From: Desulfosudaceae bacterium
GTDB lineage: Bacteria > Desulfobacterota > Desulfobacteria > Desulfobacterales > Desulfosudaceae
Direction of reading: 5' to 3'
Assembly: GCA_963674745.2 (NCBI GenBank)
Contig: CAXXDV010000003.1
Coordinates: forward strand, 480,001 to 544,000
DNA: 64,000 nt
Below, one piece after another: positions 21,594 to 32,505 of this stretch. Position 1 is the first letter of the stretch. Each line of letters starts with the position of its first letter. Below the pieces are notes generated by a model that saw only the letters and a list, made by a program, of their open reading frames with translations, had not been told where the DNA came from and made no database searches. The translations under genes and the position numbers were made by a program.

Positions 21594-23198
21594 ATGACTC
21601 CGGATTCTGATACATGTTTTCAAAACCCCATCATCAATAAAGAGAAGATTAAAATTATGTTCCTGCGTTCACCCAGGAGCATGTGGCCAATAATTAACGA
21701 GCAGGACAATTTTTTGCTGCCGCTGGCCTACCCTACACTGGCAGCATATCTGAAAAAATATTTTCCTGGAATAGAAATTGAGATTGTTGACACCATGGCC
21801 ATGAAAATGGGTTGGCGGTCTCTTGAAAAGTGCCTTGCTGAAACGCAACCGGATATTGTGGCGATCGGCGAGAAAACCATTTATTATAAAGAAGGATTCA
21901 GGGCGTTTGAACTCGCCCGGAAAGTTTTGCCCAATGTCGTTAATATTGCCGGGGGTGTTTTTTTTACCGCTATGCCCAAGTGGACGCTGGAAAACTGTCC
22001 GGCCATCGATTTTGTCGTGCTCTATGAAGGTGAAGAGACACTCCGTGATTTGATTACCACCCTGCGGGATGGGCGGCTGGTTGAGAGTGTAAAGGGAATT
22101 GTCTATAGGGACACAGGTAATAATCCACAATTTACGCCGGAGCGACCCTTAATTGAAAATCTGGATGACCTGCCCATGCCGGCCTATGACATTGCCGGTC
22201 TTGATCAATATCAACCTTTTGGTCACCTCTGGCCCAAGGCCATTACCGTTCAACGTTCAAGAGGGTGTACCCGCAGCTGTCGTTTTTGCAGTTGGCGCCA
22301 GCAGGAGGGGCGGCCGGAGTTGGCCGGTGATAAATATATCAGTCATCAGGCCTACCGTACAAAAAGTCCGGAAAGAATGGCGGACGAGATAGAGTGGCTT
22401 TATCGGGATTTTGGCATCAGGTATCTTTTCTGGGTTGATGCCACCTGGAACCTTGACAATGACTGGTTGATGGCTTTCTGTGAAGAGATTTTCAGGCGGA
22501 AAATCGAGTTGGATGGATGGTGGGCCTTTGTCCGGGCAGATGAATTAATCCACAACGAAGAGGGCGGCGTACTAAGTGCCATGGTGAAAGCGGGTTTGCG
22601 TCATGTCCTGGTAGGTGCCGAGCATGATTCCCAGGAGGTCCTTGACTCTCTTAACAAGGGAGTCAGAAATTATGATATTACTAAGCAGGCGTTTCGTATG
22701 CTGAGTAAACAATATCCCCAGGTGTTCAGGCAGGCCACCTATATTACGGGACTTCCCCAGGATACGGTTGAGTCTATAAAAGGACTGGTCAAACACGCCC
22801 ATGATTGTGACCTTGACTTTGCTGCTTTTCATCCGGTAGCACCTTTCCCCGGCACCGAAATGTATGAACTCGGAAGGCGCGAAAACCTTTTGGAAGAATT
22901 TGACTATTCAAAATATGATATGTTTTATCCCGCCATGAGAACTCACCATATCTCCCGGGAGGAGGTCGCTGCGGCAACGCAGTGGTGTTATAGGAATTTT
23001 GTTCAGAAAAAACCCTTCAAATATTTCCGGCGCATGTTCTCCCCATACCCGATACGAAGAGACCTGCATCGCTGGTTCGCATTTGCAGTTGCCCGTGTGA
23101 TGTTGAAAGACTTAAAAAACAGTTTGATCCATAAGACACAATTCAAAGGTTTTTCAGGAATTGATACATTGCAAAAACCCCATTGGTATGAAGAATGA
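21594..23198 (+). CDS. B12-binding radical SAM protein (BchE-like architecture)
   Basis: PLAYPTLAAY, EGEETL, SRGCTRSCRFC and PFPGT motifs. Confidence 0.9.
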   Translation: MTPDSDTCFQNPIINKEKIKIMFLRSPRSMWPIINEQDNFLLPLAYPTLAAYLKKYFPGIEIEIVDTMAMKMGWRSLEKCLAETQPDIVAIGEKTIYYKEGFRAFELARKVLPNVVNIAGGVFFTAMPKWTLENCPAIDFVVLYEGEETLRDLITTLRDGRLVESVKGIVYRDTGNNPQFTPERPLIENLDDLPMPAYDIAGLDQYQPFGHLWPKAITVQRSRGCTRSCRFCSWRQQEGRPELAGDKYISHQAYRTKSPERMADEIEWLYRDFGIRYLFWVDATWNLDNDWLMAFCEEIFRRKIELDGWWAFVRADELIHNEEGGVLSAMVKAGLRHVLVGAEHDSQEVLDSLNKGVRNYDITKQAFRMLSKQYPQVFRQATYITGLPQDTVESIKGLVKHAHDCDLDFAAFHPVAPFPGTEMYELGRRENLLEEFDYSKYDMFYPAMRTHHISREEVAAATQWCYRNFVQKKPFKYFRRMFSPYPIRRDLHRWFAFAVARVMLKDLKNSLIHKTQFKGFSGIDTLQKPHWYEE

Positions 23199-23250
23199 AC
23201 TTATTTGATTACTCTTATAGCCCTTATTTTCGGTTATAGGAATCCGGGTA

Positions 23251-25806
23251 TTGTTTGATAAACAAAAATATCCAAGTAAGAAAACTCATATCCCAATGAA
23301 TAAAATTTCGGAAGCTGATAAGCAGCCTTACCTTTTCCACCCCCATGCTGTCGAAAAATACCTTTTCCTCCTGATCATATCCATAGAGGCCTTGATTTTT
23401 ATCTACCTCACCTTCGCACACAGGTTAGTGGCCGGACATGACGGTTTTCATGCCTTTACCATGTTGTATAGTATTTTTAACCAGGTAGCCAATTATGGTG
23501 AAATTCCCCAGTGGTCACCTTTTATGATGCATGGCACAATCTTTATTTTTACCTATGTCATCGCAGGCGGAATTCTAGAAAAAGTGCTGCTTTTGTTAGG
23601 AGGTGCTTTACAGTCCTTTAACTTTTTAACACTTTTCCATGTATCATTGTTTTTTGATGAGTTGGTTCTGATTGTGGGCGTCTGGCTTCTGGCAAGACGA
23701 TTTTTTGTATCGCCGTTTACGCGTTTTTTTGTTGCCTTGTCAATAATGGGGTCCTGCATCTGGTTTCTACAGCCGCTTTACAATTTTTATATTTATTATT
23801 CCATTCCTTTAATTCTGCACTTTATTCATCAGTTTTTCGATAGTGGTAAAAACCGATATTTGTTTCTGGGTGGCAATTTATTGTTGATGCAATCTTTTGG
23901 TAACCTGCCACATTTTCTTCCCATTATATCTTTAATCATTTTTTTGTATTTTCTTTTCTATTCCATATGTAACCAGGCGGACATGTGGAAAAATGTAAAA
24001 AAAATTAGATTTAACGGCTCTTTTGTCATTATTTCCGTCTGCGTCATCTTATCGTTTGTCATTGTAATTTTCTTTATGAAGTTCGGTACAACTCAAATGG
24101 CCTCGTATTCTTTGAGAAAACCGGACGGCTCTGTATCATTAAGTCAGTTTTTAACCTATGGCGGCCCGTTCAAGTGGGAGATATGGTTGGAATCTCTCCT
24201 CGGGGTGTCTCCCTGCGTGGATTACACCCTGTATAGCGGCATTCTCTGTGTCCCTTTAATTTTTCTGGGATTGATTTTGAATACCAATAAACAGAATGTC
24301 CATTTTTTTTTAACAGCCATTGTTCTGCTTTTATTCAGTATGGGCTCTTTTGTCAGTGTTTTTTTCTATCATTGCTGGCCGATGATGAAATATTATCGGC
24401 ATATTGTGTCCATTTCTCCCATCATTAAGGTTTTTCTATGCTTTTTGGCGGGAATTGGATTGGAAAGCTTTTTAGTCCGAAACCCCTTTTGTGAAAAGCC
24501 GCTTCGCGCAAAAATGGCTGTCCCGGCCATGGTTCTGTTTCTGATCGTCTGCGCTTTATTTACACTTTACTTTTCCGGAGAATCCTTTATCCCCGTAAAT
24601 TTTTTCAAAAGTATTGTACCGCATATGTCGGCTTTAGATCTTATCCAGATCATGGTTCCAAAATATCTGCCCAAATTTTTAATATTATTTAACAAGGGGC
24701 TATTATGTTCTCTGATGACTCGTACCGCTTTTTTTGCTTTAAGTGGTTCATTTGTTTTGCTTTTTGCGTATTTTGTTTTTGAAAAAAATATTAAAATTCA
24801 TTATTGGGTAATTTTACTTTTAGCGGTTCATTCGGTTGATCTTTATTCGTTCAAATTTTTTGAAATCCAATTGAAGACAGTCCCTTTAAATGAAGAGGTA
24901 TACAGTATCGCCGGTTTTCAGAAGATGCCATACGTCAAGCGAAGAGATTTGACTTTTTGGGATAATAATCCAAGAGCAGAGATGCTTCGAGCCTTGCCGG
25001 TGGTCACTGATAGCGGTTCTTTTTATTCGCCTGTTCACGCCTTTTTATTTAAAGACCAGTTGGGAAATCCCTTCCGGACGGATTTCTGGATGTTGCCACT
25101 GGACAACTATATGAGGGCTTACTGGGGGCAGGATATAAATGATTTAACCATTAAACCCAAAGGCCTTGTTCATCGTTCTGAAACAGAGTACCCCAGGTTT
25201 GACTTTCCCGATAAACACCCGGCCATTTTGAAAATTTCCGGAATAACTGAGGATAAAATTCAGTTTTTTTCCCAAGCTGTTTTTTTGTCGTCAGCCGATG
25301 ACATCGTGTCAAAGATCACCGATCCGGATTATACAGGTGATATTCTTTTTCTCACACCCCTGGAAAGGTCAGGGCAAAACAATTCAGCTGCTTCTTTCAC
25401 GCATAGCGGATATGACCTCTCTGCCAATAAACGACTCCATTTTGCCTATCAGATAGACCGATTTGATTGCAATCATATCGTGGTTTCTACCGATGTCGGG
25501 GATGCTGTTTCAGCCTGGCTGTTATACAGTGACGCCTGGCATCCGCTTTGGAGAGCGACCGTCAATGGAAAAAACACGCCGGTATATAAAGCCAATCTGG
25601 CTTATAAGGCCGTAAAACTCGATAAAGGGTTTAATGAAGTCCATTTTTATTTTAAATCCGGATTTATTAATTTTTTTCATTATGTCATTGGCATAAATTC
25701 ATTATTTTGGCTGATTGCTTTAATTTATTTGGTAGGAAAGATTGCCATCGTGCCCACCGGTTTTGATCGGAAATGCAGTGAGATCTGCAGCACGTCTCCG
25801 AATTGA
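23251..25806 (+). CDS. Multi-pass membrane protein, YfhO-like/GT-C fold (paralog 1)
   Basis: First loop GHDGF..GEIPQW.P...G, many TM segments and C-terminal LLYSDAWHPLWRATVNG..KAVKL..G.N.V.F; start uncertain (TTG 23251 or ATG 23296). Confidence 0.7.
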   Translation: MFDKQKYPSKKTHIPMNKISEADKQPYLFHPHAVEKYLFLLIISIEALIFIYLTFAHRLVAGHDGFHAFTMLYSIFNQVANYGEIPQWSPFMMHGTIFIFTYVIAGGILEKVLLLLGGALQSFNFLTLFHVSLFFDELVLIVGVWLLARRFFVSPFTRFFVALSIMGSCIWFLQPLYNFYIYYSIPLILHFIHQFFDSGKNRYLFLGGNLLLMQSFGNLPHFLPIISLIIFLYFLFYSICNQADMWKNVKKIRFNGSFVIISVCVILSFVIVIFFMKFGTTQMASYSLRKPDGSVSLSQFLTYGGPFKWEIWLESLLGVSPCVDYTLYSGILCVPLIFLGLILNTNKQNVHFFLTAIVLLLFSMGSFVSVFFYHCWPMMKYYRHIVSISPIIKVFLCFLAGIGLESFLVRNPFCEKPLRAKMAVPAMVLFLIVCALFTLYFSGESFIPVNFFKSIVPHMSALDLIQIMVPKYLPKFLILFNKGLLCSLMTRTAFFALSGSFVLLFAYFVFEKNIKIHYWVILLLAVHSVDLYSFKFFEIQLKTVPLNEEVYSIAGFQKMPYVKRRDLTFWDNNPRAEMLRALPVVTDSGSFYSPVHAFLFKDQLGNPFRTDFWMLPLDNYMRAYWGQDINDLTIKPKGLVHRSETEYPRFDFPDKHPAILKISGITEDKIQFFSQAVFLSSADDIVSKITDPDYTGDILFLTPLERSGQNNSAASFTHSGYDLSANKRLHFAYQIDRFDCNHIVVSTDVGDAVSAWLLYSDAWHPLWRATVNGKNTPVYKANLAYKAVKLDKGFNEVHFYFKSGFINFFHYVIGINSLFWLIALIYLVGKIAIVPTGFDRKCSEICSTSPN

Positions 25807-25849
25807 ACGAAGGCGGTATAGGAATTCGTTTACGGTTGACCCATTACAT

Positions 25850-28354
25850 ATGAATAACCTGGAAAAAACAAATAAATTATCACTGGATTTTGAGCCCACG
25901 CGTTCACGCGCCGTCGAAAGCTGTTTTTTTTTTACTGATTACTCTTTTTGAGGCCGTCATATTTTTTTATCTGATGCGCGGACATCGGATAGTCAGTGGA
26001 CACGATGGCTTTGAATATTTTTATCTCCAATATTATTTTCTAAACAATGCTGTCAGTTGTGGTGAGGTCCCTTTGTGGATCCCTTATATATTGCATGGGA
26101 TTGTTGGAACCTGGTGGTACGTGATACAAGGCGGCCTGTTACAAAACATATTAGTCATATCCGGAAAACTGATCAGTGGTATTAACTTTCTACCCTTATT
26201 TTATGTGGGCATCTTTATTGATGAATTGCTGTTGCTGGTGGGGGTGTGGCTCCTGGGAAGACGTTTTTTTGTTTCAACCTATACCGTTCTCTTTGTCGCA
26301 CTGGCTATCATGGGGTCGTGTATCTGGGTGCTTCAACCCTGGTGGAATTTTCATCTATACTATGCCGTGCCATTGATCCTGTATTTTATTCATGAATTTA
26401 TTGATAGTGGTAAATGGCGGCATTTGTTCCTGGGCGGTAACCTGTTACTTATTCAGTCATTGGGGAATCTCCCATATTTTCTGCCTCTCATTTCCTTGAC
26501 GATCTTTTTATATTTTCTGTTTTACCTGGGACTCACATTTAAGGAAACCTTTTGGAAAATCAGGGCTCTTCGTTTCGGGTGGCCATCTTTTCTTGTGATG
26601 ACGGCCTTGGCGGGTCTGTTTTTCTGTTTATATTTTGTGATGCGTTTTGGCACGGACCAGTTAGTAAACTATAGTCATAGAGCTCCGGATGGTGGTGCGT
26701 CATTAAATCTGTTTTTATCATATGGCGGAAAAATATGCTGGAAAGCCTGGCTTGAGCTACTGCTAGGGATATCCTTTGGCCTGGATTACACATTATATAT
26801 TGGCGTTATTTGTTTTCCGTTTATCGTTTTTGGGCTCTTGTTCAATCAAAATAAAACCAATATGCATTTTTTGTTTATGGTCATTATTCTTTTACTTTTC
26901 AGCATGGGAACGATAGTCAGCGTTTTCTTTTATTACTGCTGGCCAATGATGAATTTTTTTCGGCATTTAGCACTGATTTCGCCATTGATTAAAGTTTTTA
27001 TTTGCTTTGTGGCGGGCTTTGGCTTCGACGCGATATTTTACAAGAAACCTAATCGCAAAAAGTCAATTGGAGAAAAAGCTTCGTTGATTGGTATGTCCCT
27101 ATTTATGTTTGGCGTTTCTGCAAGCCTATGGCTCCTGTCAATAAATTACCCCGATAATTATCATTTTTTTGTTAAGCTCGTCGAATATATGATACCACGA
27201 CAACTCCCCGTAAATAATGAATTGTTTGATAGGGATCTGATTCCGATGCTGCTGATGCGAACTTCTTTTTTTGCGATGGCGGCTTCTATTTTGTTGGTCA
27301 GTATCTTTTTGATTAAAAGAGAAAAATATCTTACACCTTTTATTGTCATCTTATTGATTTTGCATGGAGGAGATATTTATGGGTTCAAATTTTTAGAAGT
27401 ATCTCAAAAGTCAGTCCCTTTAACTGATAAGTTGTATAAGATAATTAATTTTCAAGCCATGCCGTATTCCAGAAATCGCGATACCTCTTTTGAAACCAAC
27501 AATTCAAGAGCTGAATTATTGAAGAGTTTACCCTTTTTGGCGCCCGGTGTTCTGAATTTTTCAACACATGCTTTTTTGTTTAAAGATGAACTTGGAAATT
27601 CGTTAAGGATAAACTTCGGTCTTTATCCGTTAGATCAATATATGAGGGCCTATTGGGGGCAACCTATCCATGATTTATCTGTTAAACTTCGAGGACTTGT
27701 TTATCCTTCAATGTTTGTGCTTCCCAGGCTTGAGTTTCCTCGGGAGCATCCGGCGGCACTAAAGATTTCCGGTGTTACCGAGGATAAAATTCAGTTTTTT
27801 CAAGAGGCGGAAATTGTGCCGTCAGACGATTTGATCGCTTCATATATTACCGATCCCAATTATAAGGGCGATATGATTTTTTTATCTCCTCAAAAGGAGA
27901 TTAAATCCGGAATTCCTGTCAGTATTTCCCCCCTTTCCGGAAATGCGCTTACCAAGAACAATCGTCTACACCTTCCGTATCAGATATTGAAATTTGATTC
28001 GAATGATCTGACCATCACAATTCAGAACAATGAGGCTAAGCCGGCATGGTTGTTATACAGCGATGTCTGGCATCCATTTTGGAGAGTGACTGTTAATGGA
28101 CAGAAAACAAAGGTTTACAAGGCAAACCTGGCTTATAAAGTCGTCAAATTGAGTAAAGGCTTTAATAAAGTCCATTTTTATTATAAATCTCAACTATTTT
28201 CTGCGCTATCCGTCATTTTTTGGAATAAATTCCTTCTTCTGGCTGATGTTGATTCTTGTCATGTCGGGAAAAATTTTATTTTGCCCGGATATGTCACGAA
28301 ATGGTTCAGGCGCGGCTAAAAACTGTGGTTGGCAGGCTACAGCCAATATGCCAT
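25850..28354 (+). CDS. YfhO-like/GT-C membrane protein (paralog 2), with two +1 homopolymer frameshifts as sequenced
   Basis: Paralog alignment is restored by removing one T from T10 (25924-25933) and one from T6 (28216-28221); the main ORF is 25890-28319. Confidence 0.65.
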
Positions 28355-28460
28355 GAAATACAGGCTAAGAATTTAAAATCATTGTATATCCAAGTATGTT
28401 GAGGCGCAGCCGCCAAAGAATTGTGACATTTTAATATTATGGCCGAACTTGTGTAACTTT

Positions 28461-30908
28461 ATGTTGGAAAACAATTCAAAATCTGTGGGGGATAATGGGG
28501 GGCAGGATTCACGCTTGTTTGAAAGCGTTTTATTTCTGCTGCTTGTCATTATCGAGGTCGGCATAACGTTTTTTATGATCCATGATCACCGGATTGTCGG
28601 CGGCCATGACGGTTTCCAATATTTTACCCTGCAGTACTATTTTCTGAATCATGTCGTCAGTTATGGTGAGATCCCACAGTGGATGCCTTTTCTGACTCAT
28701 GGCACGGTTGCTTCCTGGTGGTATATTATTCAGGGCGGTATTCTGCAGAGTGTTTTGCTTTTGTCTGCCGGGCTATGGAAAGGATTGAACTTTCTGCCGT
28801 TTTTTTACGCCGGTATTTTTGTTGATGAACTTCTTTTATTAACCGGTGTATGGCTGTTGGGCAGGCGCTTTTTTCTTTCACCATTAACTGTATTTATCGT
28901 AGCCGTGTCTGTCATGGGGTCTTGTATCTGGATCCTCCAGCCCTGGTGGAATTTTCATCTGTATTACGCGCTTCCCATGATACTGTATTTTTGCCACCGG
29001 TTTCTGGACAGCGGCCAATGGCGATATGCTTTTCTGGCCGGTAATTTACTTTTTATTCAGTCCCTGGGCAATCTGCCGTATTTTCTGCCGCTAATATCCC
29101 TGGTCATTTTTCTTTATTTCCTCTTTTATACAGCGCTTAACTATGCAGAAGTATGCCGGCAGGTAAAAAATATCAGATTCAAGTGGTCGTTTCTTCTGAC
29201 GATATCAGTAATTTTGATATGTTTTGCCGCCTTGTATGCCACCATGCATTTTGGTACGGACCAGATCAAAAATTATACCTTCAGAAGCCCGGATGGCAGC
29301 TCTTCTCTGGACGTTTTTTTTACTTACGGAGGAGAACCTACCTGGAAGTCATGGCTTGAAATGCTGCTGGGGGTATCGCCCGGGCTGGACTATACGTTGT
29401 ATATCGGCATCATTGGGGTGCCGTTAATCATATTGGGATTATTTTTTAACCTGCGAAGAAAAAATATTCATTTTCTGTTTACGATAATCGTTCTTCTACT
29501 TTTCAGTGCCGGGACATTCGTCAGCGTTTTTTTCTATTATTGCTGGCCCATGATGACGTATTTCCGCCATCTGATGCTGACCGCCACGGTTATTAAACTG
29601 CTTTTTTGTTTCCAGGCGGGCTTCGGGTTTGACGCGTTGATTGACGCTTCTTTGCACCGGCAAAAACCCATGAAGATTACAACATCCCTGGCTGTGCTGT
29701 CTTTACTGATGATGGGCGTCGCTTTTGTCTTGTGGCGTCTGTCCGGTGATTGTGATTTCACCACCCGGCTTCTCGATGACATGGTGCCGGAGAAACTTTA
29801 TCGCTTTCTCACTTTGGCAGATGAATGCCTGGTCGGTTCCCTGCTTGTTCGCAACGCGATTTTTGCCTTTATCGCGTCACTGCTTTTAGCCGTTATGGTT
29901 CTGTTTGAGAAGAAGAGAGAGGCCCTTGCTCTGTTGCTTTTGCTGGCAAGTTTTCATGCTGCGGATCTGTATGGGTTTAAATTCTCTGAAATAAATTTCA
30001 AAACGGCTGAGTTGAATGATGCGGCCTATGATGTCACCCGTTTTACAACCATCCCCTATACTGCTAAAAGAAATCTTACTTTTAATAAGACCAATTCCAG
30101 AACAGAATTGTTGAATGTCCTTCCCATATCATACGGTGCGACTTACTGGACAGCCCATGCCATGTGCTTCATGGATGAACTCGGTAGCCCGTTTAAGACC
30201 GATCACATGCTGTTGCCACTGGATCAATACATGAAAGCATACCGGGGACAATCAATCTATGATAAAGGTGCCCCTCTGGGCCTGCATCCATTTTCCCACC
30301 TGGATTTCTCGACACAGAATCCGGCCGTCATGAAGATTTCAGGTGTTACCGAAGACAAAATTCAGTTTTTCAGTCAGGCTGAGATGGTGTTTTCGGATGA
30401 ACTTATCGCTTCGTATATGACGGATTCCGAATATAAAGGTGATATTCTGCTTCTTTCGCCGATTAAGAGTAAAGGCGAGGACGTTGTCGATACGGCGGTA
30501 CCTGCTGAAATAAACCTTTCAACAAACACCCGGCTGAATAATATGTATCAAGTGAATCGGTTTGATTCCAATAACCTCGAAGTGTCGACGGATATCAGCG
30601 TTAATGGATCAGCCTGGTTGATGTACAGCGATGTCTGGCATCCCTTATGGCGTGCAACCGTAAACGGTAAAGAAGTACCCGTGTACAAGGCAAATCTGGC
30701 CTATAAAGCGGTTAGGCTGGAAAAAGGTGAAAACCGGGTGCATTTTTATTTCAAATCTAATCTCATGTCCTTTATTTATTTTCTTTTTAGTTTGAATGCT
30801 TTCCTATGGTTGTTGTTGATTTTTTTTCTGGCTGGAAGAATCGTCTTCGCAGGCATTATCCCTCGTCATCCCGGGTTCCGACCCGGGATCCAGAGCGGAC
30901 AGGCATGA
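28461..30908 (+). CDS. YfhO-like/GT-C membrane protein (paralog 3)
   Basis: GHDGFQYF, GEIPQWMP, KISGVTEDKIQFF and YSDVWHPLWRATVNG are shared with paralogs 1 and 2. Confidence 0.72.
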   Translation: MLENNSKSVGDNGGQDSRLFESVLFLLLVIIEVGITFFMIHDHRIVGGHDGFQYFTLQYYFLNHVVSYGEIPQWMPFLTHGTVASWWYIIQGGILQSVLLLSAGLWKGLNFLPFFYAGIFVDELLLLTGVWLLGRRFFLSPLTVFIVAVSVMGSCIWILQPWWNFHLYYALPMILYFCHRFLDSGQWRYAFLAGNLLFIQSLGNLPYFLPLISLVIFLYFLFYTALNYAEVCRQVKNIRFKWSFLLTISVILICFAALYATMHFGTDQIKNYTFRSPDGSSSLDVFFTYGGEPTWKSWLEMLLGVSPGLDYTLYIGIIGVPLIILGLFFNLRRKNIHFLFTIIVLLLFSAGTFVSVFFYYCWPMMTYFRHLMLTATVIKLLFCFQAGFGFDALIDASLHRQKPMKITTSLAVLSLLMMGVAFVLWRLSGDCDFTTRLLDDMVPEKLYRFLTLADECLVGSLLVRNAIFAFIASLLLAVMVLFEKKREALALLLLLASFHAADLYGFKFSEINFKTAELNDAAYDVTRFTTIPYTAKRNLTFNKTNSRTELLNVLPISYGATYWTAHAMCFMDELGSPFKTDHMLLPLDQYMKAYRGQSIYDKGAPLGLHPFSHLDFSTQNPAVMKISGVTEDKIQFFSQAEMVFSDELIASYMTDSEYKGDILLLSPIKSKGEDVVDTAVPAEINLSTNTRLNNMYQVNRFDSNNLEVSTDISVNGSAWLMYSDVWHPLWRATVNGKEVPVYKANLAYKAVRLEKGENRVHFYFKSNLMSFIYFLFSLNAFLWLLLIFFLAGRIVFAGIIPRHPGFRPGIQSGQA

Positions 30909-31027
30909 CCCCCGCCGGATCTTTTTTTTAAGGCCAGCCGATCGCTGCTGTTTTTTACGGCCTATTTTTGTTCACCTGGTAGCTTACCTCCGGCCAAACT
31001 GGATTCCGGCTTTCGCCGGAATCACGA
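30863..31027. repeat. Pair of inverted CGTC-type REPs
   Basis: CGTCATCCCGGGTTCCGACCCGGGATCCAG and CTGGATTCCGGCTTTCGCCGGAATCACG between convergent genes; the first lies within the 3' end of paralog 3. Confidence 0.7.
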
Positions 31028-31095
31028 ATATGAAAATTGAGCTTTACAAAGGTGTAAATTGGAACAAGAAAAAAATAAATTAAGGCAAAAACCGG

Positions 31096-32505
31096 TTAAA
31101 GATTTTTTAAATGCCGCAACACCATTCTCAGTTTGATGCGCAAGGGCACTCGTGGGATGCAGAGTCTGGACATTTTGTAAGTATATACCAGCTCATAAAT
31201 CAGCCGCAGAAGAATTCGGGGCACATTCAAGAGCGCTTTTCGGATTTTCAGGTTGTAAAACAGGACCGGCCACTGCACGAACAGGGGAAACAGGCAGAAG
31301 AGTTTATAAATCAGGTTTTTTTCTTTTTCGCTGAAATTCAGCATGGTGTTTGAAAAATAATCTTTGGGAAGCTTACGAATATCAGGCTGGCGGCAACAGC
31401 CCTGTTCCATGGCATATTGTGTTAATTTCAGTCCCGGGAAAGGGATAAAAATATTGGCCAGGCCAAGGTAGGGCTTTACCTTAATGTTCATTTCAACGGT
31501 CTCGTACATCTGGACAAGTGTTTCGCCCGGTAACCCGAGGATGTTCCCGGTACGAAAACGGATGCCGTATTTGGATAAACATTGAGCGGCATGATAAATC
31601 TGATCATCCGGCATGTTGCGGTTTAGCACGTTATTCCTGATTTGCTGGTTGCCGGTTTCAATGGCCCAGTTTACCCCCTGGCAGAAACTGTCCCGCAAGC
31701 CGGCTACGATTTCATCCGTTATTAAATCAGCACGGACGTTACAGGTGTATGGAAGTCCGATTTCTCCGGGATACCTGTCACAGAACTCGGAAAACCATTT
31801 TTTCTCTAAAATGAAAATATCGTCGTTGAAAACAATCTCTTTTAATGGGTAGTGCTTTCTGACATCTTTGATTTCTTCCAGCAGGTAATCGACGCTTTTT
31901 TTTCTTACCTGGGGGCCACAACCCTGAAAAAGTTCACGGAATTTGTGATTAAAACAATAAGAGCAGTTGTAAGGACATCCGCGACCGGAAAAGAACTGTT
32001 TAGAAGGTGATTCTCTAAGAAGTGTGTCCGTATTGTACACAACCGATCGGTCCGGAAACGGTAGGTTATCCATATCGGCCAGAGGGTAGAAGGCCGTCGG
32101 GAACGGATCGTCCCGGTTGAAAATGTTTTTTGCGGGTTCAAAGCCGTTTTGAATATAATCAACTATGGCGTATTCTCCCTCACCGATGCAAATGGCGTCA
32201 ATACTTGAATCCCGCAATGTCGACCAGTCAAAGGTCGGGCCGGGTCCGCCGATCAGGGATCTGGCGTTAACTGATTTTTTGACCAGTTTATCAAATGAAA
32301 TATACAACGGAAGGGTCGCGGAAAACGAAGAATAACAGAGCAGATCCGGATCTATTGTTTTTATTTTTTCCAAAATTAGGGGAAATTTTCGTGAGCCGAT
32401 AAAAAATAAGTGCGCACCCTTTCCCTTCAGGGCACCCGCCAGAGCGTAAATTCCATGATAGTCGTTATAAAGATTCAGAAGGTCAACAAAGACGATTTTC
32501 ATCAA
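31096..32505 (-). CDS. B12-binding radical SAM protein
   Basis: IGGPGPT, IGEGE, GRGCPYNCSYC, AIETG and ILGLPGET motifs. Confidence 0.92.
   Translation of the reverse strand: MMKIVFVDLLNLYNDYHGIYALAGALKGKGAHLFFIGSRKFPLILEKIKTIDPDLLCYSSFSATLPLYISFDKLVKKSVNARSLIGGPGPTFDWSTLRDSSIDAICIGEGEYAIVDYIQNGFEPAKNIFNRDDPFPTAFYPLADMDNLPFPDRSVVYNTDTLLRESPSKQFFSGRGCPYNCSYCFNHKFRELFQGCGPQVRKKSVDYLLEEIKDVRKHYPLKEIVFNDDIFILEKKWFSEFCDRYPGEIGLPYTCNVRADLITDEIVAGLRDSFCQGVNWAIETGNQQIRNNVLNRNMPDDQIYHAAQCLSKYGIRFRTGNILGLPGETLVQMYETVEMNIKVKPYLGLANIFIPFPGLKLTQYAMEQGCCRQPDIRKLPKDYFSNTMLNFSEKEKNLIYKLFCLFPLFVQWPVLFYNLKIRKALLNVPRILLRLIYELVYTYKMSRLCIPRVPLRIKLRMVLRHLKNL

Noticed and set aside
21594..23198. bchE or hpnJ/hpnP assignment for the B12-rSAM genes
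   Set aside because: Only the architecture is shared. No bch or hopanoid genes are in the window, so no gene symbol is justified.
14023..23198. RiPP cluster
   Set aside because: No convincing precursor peptide, RRE domain, peptidase or peptide transporter was found, and the context is sugar enzymes.
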